Source: Sphingopyxis sp.
Lineage (GTDB): Bacteria; Pseudomonadota; Alphaproteobacteria; Sphingomonadales; Sphingomonadaceae
Direction of reading: 5' to 3'
NCBI RefSeq assembly: GCF_035686825.1
Contig: NZ_DASRYZ010000006.1
Span: 246,126 to 310,125, forward strand
DNA: 64,000 bases
The position numbers and the translations under genes were made by a program. The notes under the pieces are model-generated. The model worked only from the letters and a program-made list of their open reading frames with translations. It ran no database searches and had not been told where the DNA came from. Below are positions 46,202 to 55,767 of this stretch, one piece after another. The first letter of the stretch is position 1. Each line of letters opens with the position of its first letter.

Positions 46202-48327
46202 CCGTGAACGCGCTCGCGACCCTGTCGCCTATCCTGTCGGTCGTCGCGCTGGCGGGCTTTGCCGGCGTCACGCTGTGGCTGCTGATGCGGCCGCGCGCGC
46301 GCATGGCGGCGCTGATGCCCGCGCCGCGCTGGCAGGTAGCGGCGGCGGCGGCGACCACGCTGTGGTGCGCGGCGCTGACGATCTTTTCTCCCGGAACGTC
46401 GGAGGCGCTGGTCGTGCAGATGATCCGCGACGGCGCGATGCTCGGCTGGCTGGGCGCGACCTTCTGGTCGCCGCGCGCGCCGATGCCGCGGCCGCTGCGC
46501 CTGATCCTGCGGATGCTCGCGACGATCTGCCTGCTCGCCTTCCTGCTCGGCGCGGCCGCGCATTTGCGCGCCGGGGCGGGGGCCGCGCCGTGGATGAAGC
46601 CGACGCTGACCTTTACCGCGATGATCGTCGCGATCGGCGGGCTGTTGATCATCGACGGCGCCGTCCGCCGCGCGAGCGGCGGGCTGCGGATGCCGGTGCT
46701 GGCGGTCGCGGGCGGTTTCGCCATGCTGTGGGCCTATGAACTCAACGTTCAACTGATCGGCGCGCTGACCGGAGCGAAGGCGTCGACGCTGATCGCGCTG
46801 TTGCCCGCGGTCGCGCTGCTCACCGCGCCGACCCATGTCGTCGCGGCGATGGACATCGGCCGCGAACGGATGCGGCTGTCGCGCACGGCCGCGACGCGGT
46901 CGCTGATCCTGCTCGGCGCCGCCGCCTATCTGATCCTGATCGCGCTGACCGGCGCGGTCGCGCGCGCGGTCGGGAGCGATTATGCCGAGCTGGCGCAGGC
47001 GATCTCGCTGGCGGTCGCGCTGGGCGCAGGGGGGCTGATGCTGGCCTCTGCGCGGTCGCGCGCGTGGGCGGCCGTGATGATCTCCAAGCATTTCTTCGAG
47101 CATCGTTACGACTATCGCGCCGAATGGATGCGCTTCACCGCGACGCTGGCGCAGGGAGACGGCGACGACGACCGCAACCTGTACCGGCGCGTCGCCAAGG
47201 CGCTCGCCCAATTGACCGGCAGCCCGGGCGCCTTGCTGATGCTGCCCGGCGCGTCGGGCGGCTTTCGCGTCGCCGAGCAGTGGCATTGGCCGGGCGGGTT
47301 GGGTGAGGAGACCGGCCTGTCGCTGCGTTCGGCCTTCATGCTGCAGGAAACGCGGCATATCGTCGACCTCGACGCCGAGCGCCGCGGCGCGTCCGGCGAA
47401 AATCGGGTGGGCGAGGATCTGGCGATCCCCGAGTGGCTGATCGCCGACACGCGCGCGTGGGTGGTCGTGCCGGTCCTGCATTTCCAGCGGATGATCGCGA
47501 TCGTCGTGCTGCACCGCCCGGCGGTGTCGCGCGCGCTCGACTGGGAAGATCTCGACGTGCTGCGCATCGCGGGGCAGCAGGCGGCGAGCTATCTCGCCGA
47601 ATCGCAGAGCCAGCAGGCGCTGTCCGAGGCGCGGCGCTTCGACGAGTTCAATCGCCGCTTCGCCTTCATCATGCATGATATCAAGAATCTGGCGAGCCAA
47701 TTGTCGCTGCTCGCGCGCAATGCCGAGCGCCATGCCGACAAGCCCGAGTTTCGCGCCGACATGACGCAGACGCTGAAGATTTCGGCGGGGCGGCTGAGCG
47801 ACCTGCTCGTCCGCCTGTCGCCGCGCGAGCGCGGGCGCGCGGCGGAGCCCGGCCGCACGCTGGTCGAACCGGTGCTGAACGAGGTCGCGGCGGAAATGCG
47901 GCCGCGCCGCGCGCTGTTCGTCGGATGTCAGGCCGGCCTGTCGGCGTGGGCCGAGGCGGGCGCGGTCCGCCAGATCGTCCAGCATCTGGTGGCCAACGCG
48001 ATCGACGCGTCGGCGCCCGACACGCCGGTGCAGGTCGTCGCGGTCGCCGAGCAGGGGCGCGTGCGCATCGATGTGATCGACCAAGGCTGCGGTATGACGC
48101 GCGCGTTCATCCGCGACGAACTGTTCAAACCCTTCGTGTCGACGAAGGAATCGGGGTTCGGGCTCGGCGCGTTCGAGGCGCTGCAAATCGCGCAGGCGAT
48201 GGGCGGCGCGATCGAGGTGGCGAGCGAGCCGGGCAAGGGCAGCAATTTCACGCTGTGGCTGCCGCTCGCCGATGCGCGCGGCGCGGCGGCAAGCGATGCG
48301 CGGGTGACGAAAGCGGGAATGACATGA
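46180..48327 (+). CDS. prsK: PEP-CTERM system sensor histidine kinase PrsK-like
   Basis: About 300-aa polytopic N-terminus, H-box FAFIMHDIKNLASQL, and ATPase G-box GFGLGAFE. The start is either ATG 46180 (overlapping the previous gene) or GTG 46204. Confidence 0.8.
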   Translation: MAGGRKVAVNALATLSPILSVVALAGFAGVTLWLLMRPRARMAALMPAPRWQVAAAAATTLWCAALTIFSPGTSEALVVQMIRDGAMLGWLGATFWSPRAPMPRPLRLILRMLATICLLAFLLGAAAHLRAGAGAAPWMKPTLTFTAMIVAIGGLLIIDGAVRRASGGLRMPVLAVAGGFAMLWAYELNVQLIGALTGAKASTLIALLPAVALLTAPTHVVAAMDIGRERMRLSRTAATRSLILLGAAAYLILIALTGAVARAVGSDYAELAQAISLAVALGAGGLMLASARSRAWAAVMISKHFFEHRYDYRAEWMRFTATLAQGDGDDDRNLYRRVAKALAQLTGSPGALLMLPGASGGFRVAEQWHWPGGLGEETGLSLRSAFMLQETRHIVDLDAERRGASGENRVGEDLAIPEWLIADTRAWVVVPVLHFQRMIAIVVLHRPAVSRALDWEDLDVLRIAGQQAASYLAESQSQQALSEARRFDEFNRRFAFIMHDIKNLASQLSLLARNAERHADKPEFRADMTQTLKISAGRLSDLLVRLSPRERGRAAEPGRTLVEPVLNEVAAEMRPRRALFVGCQAGLSAWAEAGAVRQIVQHLVANAIDASAPDTPVQVVAVAEQGRVRIDVIDQGCGMTRAFIRDELFKPFVSTKESGFGLGAFEALQIAQAMGGAIEVASEPGKGSNFTLWLPLADARGAAASDARVTKAGMT

Positions 48328-49700
48328 GCGAGGGTGGGACCGGTTTGCGCACATTGCTGGTGGTCGAGGACGACGCCGGGCTGCAGGCGCAGCTCAAATG
48401 GGCCTATGAGGATTATCGCGTGCTCGTCGCGGGCGACCATGATGCCGCGATCGAGCTGCTGCGTGCCGAGGAACCCGAAGTGGTGACGCTCGATCTCGGC
48501 CTGCCGCCCGATCCCGACGGGACGCGCGAGGGGTTCCGCACGCTGAGGGCGATCCTCGAGGCCAAGCCCGACACCAAGGTCATCGTCGTGTCGGGGCACG
48601 GCGAGCGGGCGAGCGCGCTGACCGCGATCGCGAGCGGGGCGTGGGATTTTTATCAGAAGCCGATCGACATCGACGAACTGGGGCTGATCGTCGCCCGCGC
48701 CTTTCACGTCCGCGAACTCGAAGTCGAAAATGCGCGGCTGGCGAGCCAGGGCGCGGGCGAAAATCGCGTACTCGGCGGGATGATCACCGGGGCTCCCGAG
48801 ATGCTGAAAGTCGCGCGCACGATCGAGCGTGTCGCGAACCTCGACGTGTCGGTCATGCTGCTCGGCGCGAGCGGGACGGGCAAGGAATTGCTCGCGCGCG
48901 GGCTGCACGAGGCGAGCGGACGGCGCGACGGCGCGTTCGTCGCGATCAACTGCGCCGCGATCCCCGAAAATCTGCTCGAAAGCGAATTGTTCGGGCACGA
49001 GAAGGGCGCGTTCACCGGCGCGGTGAAGATGACCGAAGGCAAGATCGAGCTGGCGCACGGCGGCACGCTGTTTCTCGACGAGGTCGGCGACATTCCGCTG
49101 CCGCTTCAGGTCAAGCTGCTGCGTTTTTTGCAGGAACGCACGATCGAGCGGATTGGCGGGCGCAAGGCGATTGCGGTCGACACAAGGATCGTTTGCGCAA
49201 CGCACCGCGACCTCGACGCGATGATCGCCGAGCAGAGCTTTCGCGACGATCTTTATTACCGGCTCGCCGAGATGGTGGTGAAGATCCCGCCGCTCGCCGA
49301 GCGGCCGGGCGATGCGGTGCTGCTCGCGCGGCATTTCCTCCACCAATATGCGCCCGAGATGAACCCGGGGGTGCGCGGCTTTGCGCCCGACGCTTTGCAG
49401 GCGATCGACGAGGCGCGCTGGCCGGGCAATGTCCGCGAGCTTGAAAACCGCATCAAGCGCGCCGTTATCATGGCCGACGGCAAGCTGGTGATGCGCGAGG
49501 ACCTCGATATGGCGGGCGGCGGCGAAGAGGGCGAAGAGGCGTGGCTCAACCTGCGCAGCGCGCGCGAAGCGGCCGACCGCGTCGCGATCCGCCGCGCGAT
49601 GACGCAGAGCGAGGGCAATATCTCGCTGGCGGCGAAATTGCTCGGGATCAGCCGGCCGACGCTCTACGACCTGCTCAAACAATATCGGATGCAAGGCTGA
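48324..49700 (+). CDS. prsR: Sigma-54-dependent response regulator PrsR-like
   Basis: ATG 48324 overlaps the prsK stop (ATGA). Receiver domain ([10 protein letters not shown]), AAA+ with [15 protein letters not shown], and a C-terminal Fis-type HTH ([15 protein letters not shown]). Confidence 0.88.
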   Translation: MSEGGTGLRTLLVVEDDAGLQAQLKWAYEDYRVLVAGDHDAAIELLRAEEPEVVTLDLGLPPDPDGTREGFRTLRAILEAKPDTKVIVVSGHGERASALTAIASGAWDFYQKPIDIDELGLIVARAFHVRELEVENARLASQGAGENRVLGGMITGAPEMLKVARTIERVANLDVSVMLLGASGTGKELLARGLHEASGRRDGAFVAINCAAIPENLLESELFGHEKGAFTGAVKMTEGKIELAHGGTLFLDEVGDIPLPLQVKLLRFLQERTIERIGGRKAIAVDTRIVCATHRDLDAMIAEQSFRDDLYYRLAEMVVKIPPLAERPGDAVLLARHFLHQYAPEMNPGVRGFAPDALQAIDEARWPGNVRELENRIKRAVIMADGKLVMREDLDMAGGGEEGEEAWLNLRSAREAADRVAIRRAMTQSEGNISLAAKLLGISRPTLYDLLKQYRMQG

Positions 49701-51548
49701 ATGACCTTGCGCCGCGTCTGGACGGCCGCGCCGCTGGTGGCGGCGCTGCTGCTCGCGGCGTGCGGCGGAGGCGGACCGGAGGCGCCGCGCGAGGCCGATG
49801 AGCAGCGCCGTGCGGCACTGCAGGCGGCGATCGCCGACAATCCGGGCGACATCGCACGGCGCGTCGCGCTGGCGCGCGTCGCGATCCGGCTCGGCGACGG
49901 GGTCGGGGCCGAGGCGGCGGTCAAGGGCGCGCTCGGTGCTGGCGCCAACGACGCGGCGCTGCGACCGTTGCTCGCGCGCGCCTATGCGATGCAGGGCGAG
50001 GGCGCGCGCGCTCTCGAGACGCTGGAAGGCGGGCCGGTCATCCCCGAAATGATGGGCGAGGCGGCGTGGGTCGCGGGAGACGTCCATCTGGCGAACGGCG
50101 ATCTGGCCGCGGCGCGCGAAGCCTATGACCGGGCGGTGCACGAACTGCCGCGCAGGTCGGCCCTATGGGTCGATGTCGCCCGCTTTCGCGAGGCCAATGC
50201 CGACACGCTCGGTGCGCGCGACGCGGTCGATTATGCGATCGAACTCGACGCCGCGAACAGCGCGGCGCTGGCATTCAAGGCCAATCTTGTCCGCACCGAA
50301 GCGGGGCTGAACGCGTCGCTAGGCTGGTATGCGAAGGCGCTTGCCGCCGACCCCGACAATGCGGAGGCGCTGATCGAGCAGGCGGCGACGCTCGGCGACC
50401 TCGGGCGATACCGCGACATGCTGGCGGCGCTGCGCCATGCGGCGACGATCGTGCCGCGCGATCCGCGTCTCTTTTATCTGCAGGCGGTGGTCGCGGCGCG
50501 CGCGGGCAACTTCAGCCTCGCGCGCAGCCTGCTCCAGCGCACACGCGGCGAGCTCGATGCGCAGCCGTCCTTCATGCTGTTGAGCGCGGTCGTCGAGCTC
50601 GAACTCGGGGGCGAGGCGGTCGCGGCGACGTGGGCGGACCGATTGCTCGCCGAACAACCGCATAATTTCACCGCGCGGCGCGTCCTGGCCGCAGCCGAAT
50701 GGGCCGATGGCGACCCCGGCGCCGCGCGCGAGGCGTTGCTGCCGCTCGTCCGCCGCCCCGACGCCGACAGCTGGTCGCTGATCCTCGCGGCGCGCGCGGC
50801 GGCCGCGCTGGGGCGCGACATGGAATCGGCGGATTATTTCGGCCGCGCGGCGGCGCTGAGCCCCGGCGAAGCCGTACCCTTCGCGGTCGAAGACGATTAC
50901 GGGCTGGTGGCGATGGCGGCCGATGCCGCGCCGCTCGATCCCGCAACGGTCATTCCGGCGATCGCCGCCGACCTTGCGAGTGGCAACAGCGCGCGCGCGA
51001 TCGAGCGCGCGGCGTGGCTGCGCGACGCAAACCGCGGCGTCGCCGATGCGCATATCCTGCTCGGTGACGCGGCGCTGGCGGGCGGGCGGTTCGGCCTCGC
51101 GGTCGAGGCCTATCGCGCCGCGCGCGCGATCGACGCGGGCGAGCGCACGACGCTGCGCCTCGCCAACGCGCTCTACCGCGCGGGTGATGCCGCCGGATCG
51201 GGCGCGGCGATCCTCGCCCTGCGCGACGGACAGCCGTCGAGCGTCGCCGCCGACCGGCTCGCCGGGCACCTCGCGATGGACCTTGAGCATTGGGACCAGG
51301 CGATCGGGTATTTCGAACGCGTACGCCGGCGGATCGGCGACCGCGACGTCGTGATTCTGCGCGAACTGGCGCGGGCGTGGGCGGCGAAAGGCGACGATGC
51401 GCGCGCGCTGGTGCTGATCGACCGCGCCTATCGGCTGCAGCCGCTCAACGCGGGAATCATGGAATTTTACGCCGGGTTGCTGGAAAAACGCGGGAAAGCG
51501 CAGGCCGCAGCGGATCTGCGCGACAAGGCGGCGCAGATCGGGCGGTAG
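49701..51548 (+). CDS. prsT: TPR-repeat lipoprotein PrsT-like
   Basis: It starts immediately after the prsR stop. Lipobox LLLAACGGG and Ala-rich TPR-like repeats throughout. At 615 aa it is shorter than the roughly 900-aa PrsT proteins I recall. Confidence 0.65.
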   Translation: MTLRRVWTAAPLVAALLLAACGGGGPEAPREADEQRRAALQAAIADNPGDIARRVALARVAIRLGDGVGAEAAVKGALGAGANDAALRPLLARAYAMQGEGARALETLEGGPVIPEMMGEAAWVAGDVHLANGDLAAAREAYDRAVHELPRRSALWVDVARFREANADTLGARDAVDYAIELDAANSAALAFKANLVRTEAGLNASLGWYAKALAADPDNAEALIEQAATLGDLGRYRDMLAALRHAATIVPRDPRLFYLQAVVAARAGNFSLARSLLQRTRGELDAQPSFMLLSAVVELELGGEAVAATWADRLLAEQPHNFTARRVLAAAEWADGDPGAAREALLPLVRRPDADSWSLILAARAAAALGRDMESADYFGRAAALSPGEAVPFAVEDDYGLVAMAADAAPLDPATVIPAIAADLASGNSARAIERAAWLRDANRGVADAHILLGDAALAGGRFGLAVEAYRAARAIDAGERTTLRLANALYRAGDAAGSGAAILALRDGQPSSVAADRLAGHLAMDLEHWDQAIGYFERVRRRIGDRDVVILRELARAWAAKGDDARALVLIDRAYRLQPLNAGIMEFYAGLLEKRGKAQAAADLRDKAAQIGR

Positions 51549-51551
51549 CTG

Positions 51552-51899
51552 TCAGGCCTCGGTCAAATCGAGCAGGGTCCGCGCGTCGAGGCCGATGCGG
51601 CGCATCTGCTGCGCGACCGGGGGCCAGACGTTCGCCAAGAAATCCGCGCGCATCAGGTCGCGCAGCCGCTCGGTCGCGCCTTGGGCGACGAACATGCCGA
51701 CCCCGCGTTTGACCGTGACCAGTCCTTCGTCCTGGAAGGTCTGATACGCCTTGGCGACCGTCAGCGGATTCGCGCCTTCCTCCGCGGCGAGCGAACGCAC
51801 CGAGGGAAGCATATCGCCGTCGCGATAGCTGCCGTCGAGAATGGCGTTGGCGATGACGTCGCGCAGACGCTGGTACACGGGTTTGGACTGATCGAGCAT
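51552..51899 (-). CDS. GntR family transcriptional regulator (short, YhcF-like)
   Basis: 115 aa with the winged HTH LPSVRSLAAEEGANPLTVAKAYQTFQDEGLV. Confidence 0.85.
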   Translation of the reverse strand: MLDQSKPVYQRLRDVIANAILDGSYRDGDMLPSVRSLAAEEGANPLTVAKAYQTFQDEGLVTVKRGVGMFVAQGATERLRDLMRADFLANVWPPVAQQMRRIGLDARTLLDLTEA

Positions 51900-51970
51900 G
51901 CCGCCTTAATGCCATAAGACAGCAGCACAGTCAAATTCGGCTAATTACAGTTTCAGTCCAGCATTTGAAA

Positions 51971-52552
51971 TTAAATTTCCCAAGCGCGAACGACCTCGTC
52001 ATATTCGGGGCGCGGGCGCTCGTCGAGTTCGCGCGAGGGCGTGCCGAAGAAGAAATAGCCGACAATCTTGTCGCTTTCGCCGGCACCGAACGCCGCTGCG
52101 ACCTCTGCGCTATACGCCGCCCAGCCGGTGAGCCAGCTGCCGACGAAGCCGTGCGCATGCGCGGCATGAAGCAGGTTCATGCCGACCGCGCCGGCCGACA
52201 TCTGTTGCTCCCACAGCGGGATCTTGGCGCCGGGCACCGGGGCCGAGATGAGCACGAGCGCGGTCGGCGCTTGATGCGCGAACTGATCGAGCGCCGAGAG
52301 ATCCATGCCCGCTGCGCCGGGGTTTTCGGCCACCCACGCCTGTTTGAGCAGCGCCGCGAAGGCGCCGCGCTGATCGTCCGCGATCGTGACGATGCGCCAG
52401 GGCGCGAGCTTGCCATGGTCGGGGGTGCGCAGCGCGAGCGCGACGATATCACGCAAGGCCGCGGCATCGGGGCCCGGCGCGACCATGTCGCGCGCCTTGC
52501 CCGAGCGACGGGTGGCGAGGTGGGCGAGGAGCGAGGAGGTGTCGTTGAACAT
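51971..52552 (-). CDS. Nitroreductase family protein
   Basis: Met46 of track ORF 51971-52687 gives MFNDTSSLLAHLATRRSGKA. Typical nitroreductase pattern (RTPDHGKLAPWR). Confidence 0.85.
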   Translation of the reverse strand: MFNDTSSLLAHLATRRSGKARDMVAPGPDAAALRDIVALALRTPDHGKLAPWRIVTIADDQRGAFAALLKQAWVAENPGAAGMDLSALDQFAHQAPTALVLISAPVPGAKIPLWEQQMSAGAVGMNLLHAAHAHGFVGSWLTGWAAYSAEVAAAFGAGESDKIVGYFFFGTPSRELDERPRPEYDEVVRAWEI

Positions 52553-52716
52553 GGGGCGCCATGTGGGCTTTTCCGCGCCCCGGTGCAAGTGTTGCGAGCG
52601 ATTCGCAACAGATTTTGGCCCGGCCGAACCGGTTTCAGGCGCAATTAGATTCTTCCCATACGCAATTTTCGCGCTAGGTTGCCCCATTCGCGCGGCGGGA
52701 GGCCGCGCCCACGATA

Positions 52717-54357
52717 ATGGGTAAAAGGGACGCTTTGATGAAAGATATAGGCCTTTGGGACGAAGGCGACTGGATCGCGGTTATCGCGCTGGTCATTCTG
52801 GGGGTATTTCTGACCGTCGGCGGATTGATCGCCGGGAGCAAGAAGCCCGAATTCGCCGGCCACCCCAAGGGCCTCTATATGCTCTTCTTCGCCGAGATGT
52901 GGGAGCGTTTCTCCTATTACGGCATGCGCGCGCTGCTGATCTTCTACCTGACGCAGCACTGGCTGTTTTCGGACGGCAAATCGAACCTGATCTACGGCGC
53001 CTACACCAGCCTCGTCTATATCACCCCGGTACTCGGCGGCTATCTGGCCGACCGCTATCTGGGGCAGCGCAAGGCGGTGCTGTTCGGCGGCGTGCTGCTC
53101 GCGCTCGGCCATCTGTTCATGGCGTTCGAGGGCGTCGGCGGGCAGGAAGACCCGACGATCAACGTTTTCTGGCTCGCGCTCGCGCTGATCATCGTCGGCT
53201 CGGGTTTCCTCAAAGCCAATATCTCGGTGATGGTCGGCCAGCTTTACCGCCTGACCGACATGCGCCGCGACGCCGCCTATACCATCTTCTATATGGGGAT
53301 TAACGTCGGTGCCGCGCTCGGCACGATCCTCGTCGGCTATCTGGGGCAGAAGATCGGCTGGGCCTATGGCTTCGGCCTTGCGGGCATCGGCATGGTCGCC
53401 GGCCTGATCGTCTTCGTTCTCGGCAAGAATGTGCTGCTCGGCGCGGGCGAAGCGCCGGCGCCGCTCGCGCGCAACAAGGAAATGACGATCTATGCGGTCG
53501 GCGTTGGCGCCGTCGCGGTGATGTGGGCGCTGGTCCAGTATCAGGACATCATTCAGAACCTGCTGATCGTCTCGGGCCTCGCGCTGCTCGGCTATGTGCT
53601 TTACGAAAGCTTCAAGCTCGACAAGGAGCCGCGCGAGCGCATGTTCGCGATCCTGTTCCTGATCGCATTGAATCCGCTGTTCTGGGGCCTGTTCGAACAG
53701 GCTGGCGGCAGCTTCAACCTCTACACCGACCGCTACGTCGACAAGGGCGGGGTGCCCGCGTCGGTGTTCCAGTCGATCAACCCCATCTATATCATCCTGT
53801 TCGCGCCGGTCTTCGCCGCGCTGTGGCAATGGCTGGGCAAAAAGGGTCTCGAGCCGTCGGCGCCCGCGAAATTCGCGCTGGCGCTGGCGCAGGTCGGGCT
53901 CGGCTTCCTCGTCTTCGTGTGGGGCGCGAGCAGCGTCGGGCCCGAAGTGGCGACGCCGGTCCTCTTCGTCTTCCTGCTCTATCTCCTCCACACGACCGGC
54001 GAACTTTGCCTGTCGCCGGTGGGGCTGAGCGCGATGAACCGCCTTGCGCCGAGCTTCCTCGCCTCGCTCATCATGGGCGCCTGGTTCTACATGACCGCGG
54101 TCGGAAATTTCGTTGCCGGCAAGATCGGCGAGGCGACCGGCGGGCATGACGGCGCGATGACCAAGGAGGCCACGCTCGGCATCTATTGGGAAATCGGCCT
54201 GATCACCATCGGGGTCAGCATCGTCGTGCTGGCGCTGTCGCCGATCGTGCGGAAGTGGATGCACCTCGACACGCTCGCCGACCGCGAACCCGCCATTCCG
54301 GGCAGCGGCGAACTGGGCGAGCCGCAGGCCGCCGGTACCCATCCCAAAGGGGCGTAA
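52717..54357 (+). CDS. POT/PTR2 family di-/tripeptide:proton symporter
   Basis: 546 aa with the PTR2 signature FFAEMWERFSYYGMRALLIFYL. The exact start among the first three Met codons is uncertain. Confidence 0.9.
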   Translation: MGKRDALMKDIGLWDEGDWIAVIALVILGVFLTVGGLIAGSKKPEFAGHPKGLYMLFFAEMWERFSYYGMRALLIFYLTQHWLFSDGKSNLIYGAYTSLVYITPVLGGYLADRYLGQRKAVLFGGVLLALGHLFMAFEGVGGQEDPTINVFWLALALIIVGSGFLKANISVMVGQLYRLTDMRRDAAYTIFYMGINVGAALGTILVGYLGQKIGWAYGFGLAGIGMVAGLIVFVLGKNVLLGAGEAPAPLARNKEMTIYAVGVGAVAVMWALVQYQDIIQNLLIVSGLALLGYVLYESFKLDKEPRERMFAILFLIALNPLFWGLFEQAGGSFNLYTDRYVDKGGVPASVFQSINPIYIILFAPVFAALWQWLGKKGLEPSAPAKFALALAQVGLGFLVFVWGASSVGPEVATPVLFVFLLYLLHTTGELCLSPVGLSAMNRLAPSFLASLIMGAWFYMTAVGNFVAGKIGEATGGHDGAMTKEATLGIYWEIGLITIGVSIVVLALSPIVRKWMHLDTLADREPAIPGSGELGEPQAAGTHPKGA

Positions 54358-54360
54358 TCG

Positions 54361-55767
54361 ATGATCAAGGGTGTGAAGGGCAGCCTGCTGGCTGCGGTGT
54401 CGCTGGCGCTCGTCGGTTGCGCGGCAAGCGGTGGGGGCGAAACGGCTTCGGCGAGCGACAAGCCCGCCGAAAAGCCGGCGAAGTTCAACAAGGATCCTTA
54501 TCCGTCGACCTATAAGGCCTATCCGGGGCAGGTCACCGCGGTGCGCAATGTCACGATCTTTGACGGCGAGGGCGGGCGGATCGAAAATGGCACCGTGCTG
54601 CTGGCGGAGGGCAAGGTCGAGGCGATCGGCGGCCCCGAAACGCCGATCCCCGCGGACATCGCGGTCTATGACGGCACCGGCAAGTTCCTCACCCCCGGCG
54701 TTATCGACATCCACAGCCACCTTGGGGACTATCCCTCGCCGTCGGTCGACGCGCATTCGGACGGCAACGAGATGACGTCGCCGACGACGCCCGAGGTATG
54801 GTCCGAACATAGCGTGTGGCCGCAGGACCCCGGGTTCAGCCGCGCGCTGGCGAACGGCGGCGTCACCAGCCTGCAGATCCTGCCGGGCAGCGCGAACCTG
54901 ATGGGCGGGCGCTCGATCACGCTCAAGAATGTCCCGTCGCGCACGGTGCAGGGAATGAAATTCCCCGGCGCGCCCTATGGCCTGAAAATGGCGTGCGGCG
55001 AAAATCCGAAGCGCGTTTACGGCGGCAAGGGGCGCGCTCCCTCGACCCGCATGGGCAATTTCGCGGTGAACCGCGCGACCTGGGCGAAGGCGGCGGCGTA
55101 CAAGAAGAAGATGGACGACGGCAAGGCGGTCGACCGCGACCTTGCGATGGAAACGCTCGCGGGCGTGCTGGCGGGCGAGATCCTCGTCCACAATCATTGC
55201 TACCGCGCCGACGAAATGGCGCTCGTCATCGATATGTCCAAGGAATTCGGTTACAAGGTTTCGACCTTTCACCATGCGGTCGAGGCGTACAAGATCGCCG
55301 ACATCCTTGCGAAGGAAGGCATCTGTTCGGCGATGTGGGCCGACTGGTGGGGCTTCAAGATGGAAGCCTATGACTCGGTCAACGAGAATATTCCGCTCGT
55401 CTACAAGGCCGGCGCGTGCACGATCGTCCATTCGGATGACGCGAATCAGATCCAGCGGTTGAATCAGGAAGCGGCGAAGGCGCGCGCCGCGGGGCGCCGC
55501 ATCGGCATCGACGTCAGCGACGAGGTGGCGTGGACCTGGCTGTCGTATAATCCGGCGAAGGCGCTGGGGATCGCCGACCGGACCGGCAGCCTGAAGCCCG
55601 GCAAGATGGCCGACGTCGTGCTGTGGAACGGCAATCCGTTCAGCGCCTATACCCGCCCCGAAAAAGTGTGGATCGACGGCGCGCTGATGTTCGACGCGAC
55701 GAACCCCGAGCGGCGGCCGGTGAGCGATTTCGAACTCGGCCAGCCGGGCGAAGGAGATGTGAAATGA
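54361..55767 (+). CDS. Amidohydrolase family lipoprotein (intact metal site)
   Basis: Lipobox LALVGCA, HxH motif GVIDIHSHLG, and further His/Asp ligand candidates (HNHCY, FHHAVE, VHSDD). Confidence 0.88.
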   Translation: MIKGVKGSLLAAVSLALVGCAASGGGETASASDKPAEKPAKFNKDPYPSTYKAYPGQVTAVRNVTIFDGEGGRIENGTVLLAEGKVEAIGGPETPIPADIAVYDGTGKFLTPGVIDIHSHLGDYPSPSVDAHSDGNEMTSPTTPEVWSEHSVWPQDPGFSRALANGGVTSLQILPGSANLMGGRSITLKNVPSRTVQGMKFPGAPYGLKMACGENPKRVYGGKGRAPSTRMGNFAVNRATWAKAAAYKKKMDDGKAVDRDLAMETLAGVLAGEILVHNHCYRADEMALVIDMSKEFGYKVSTFHHAVEAYKIADILAKEGICSAMWADWWGFKMEAYDSVNENIPLVYKAGACTIVHSDDANQIQRLNQEAAKARAAGRRIGIDVSDEVAWTWLSYNPAKALGIADRTGSLKPGKMADVVLWNGNPFSAYTRPEKVWIDGALMFDATNPERRPVSDFELGQPGEGDVK

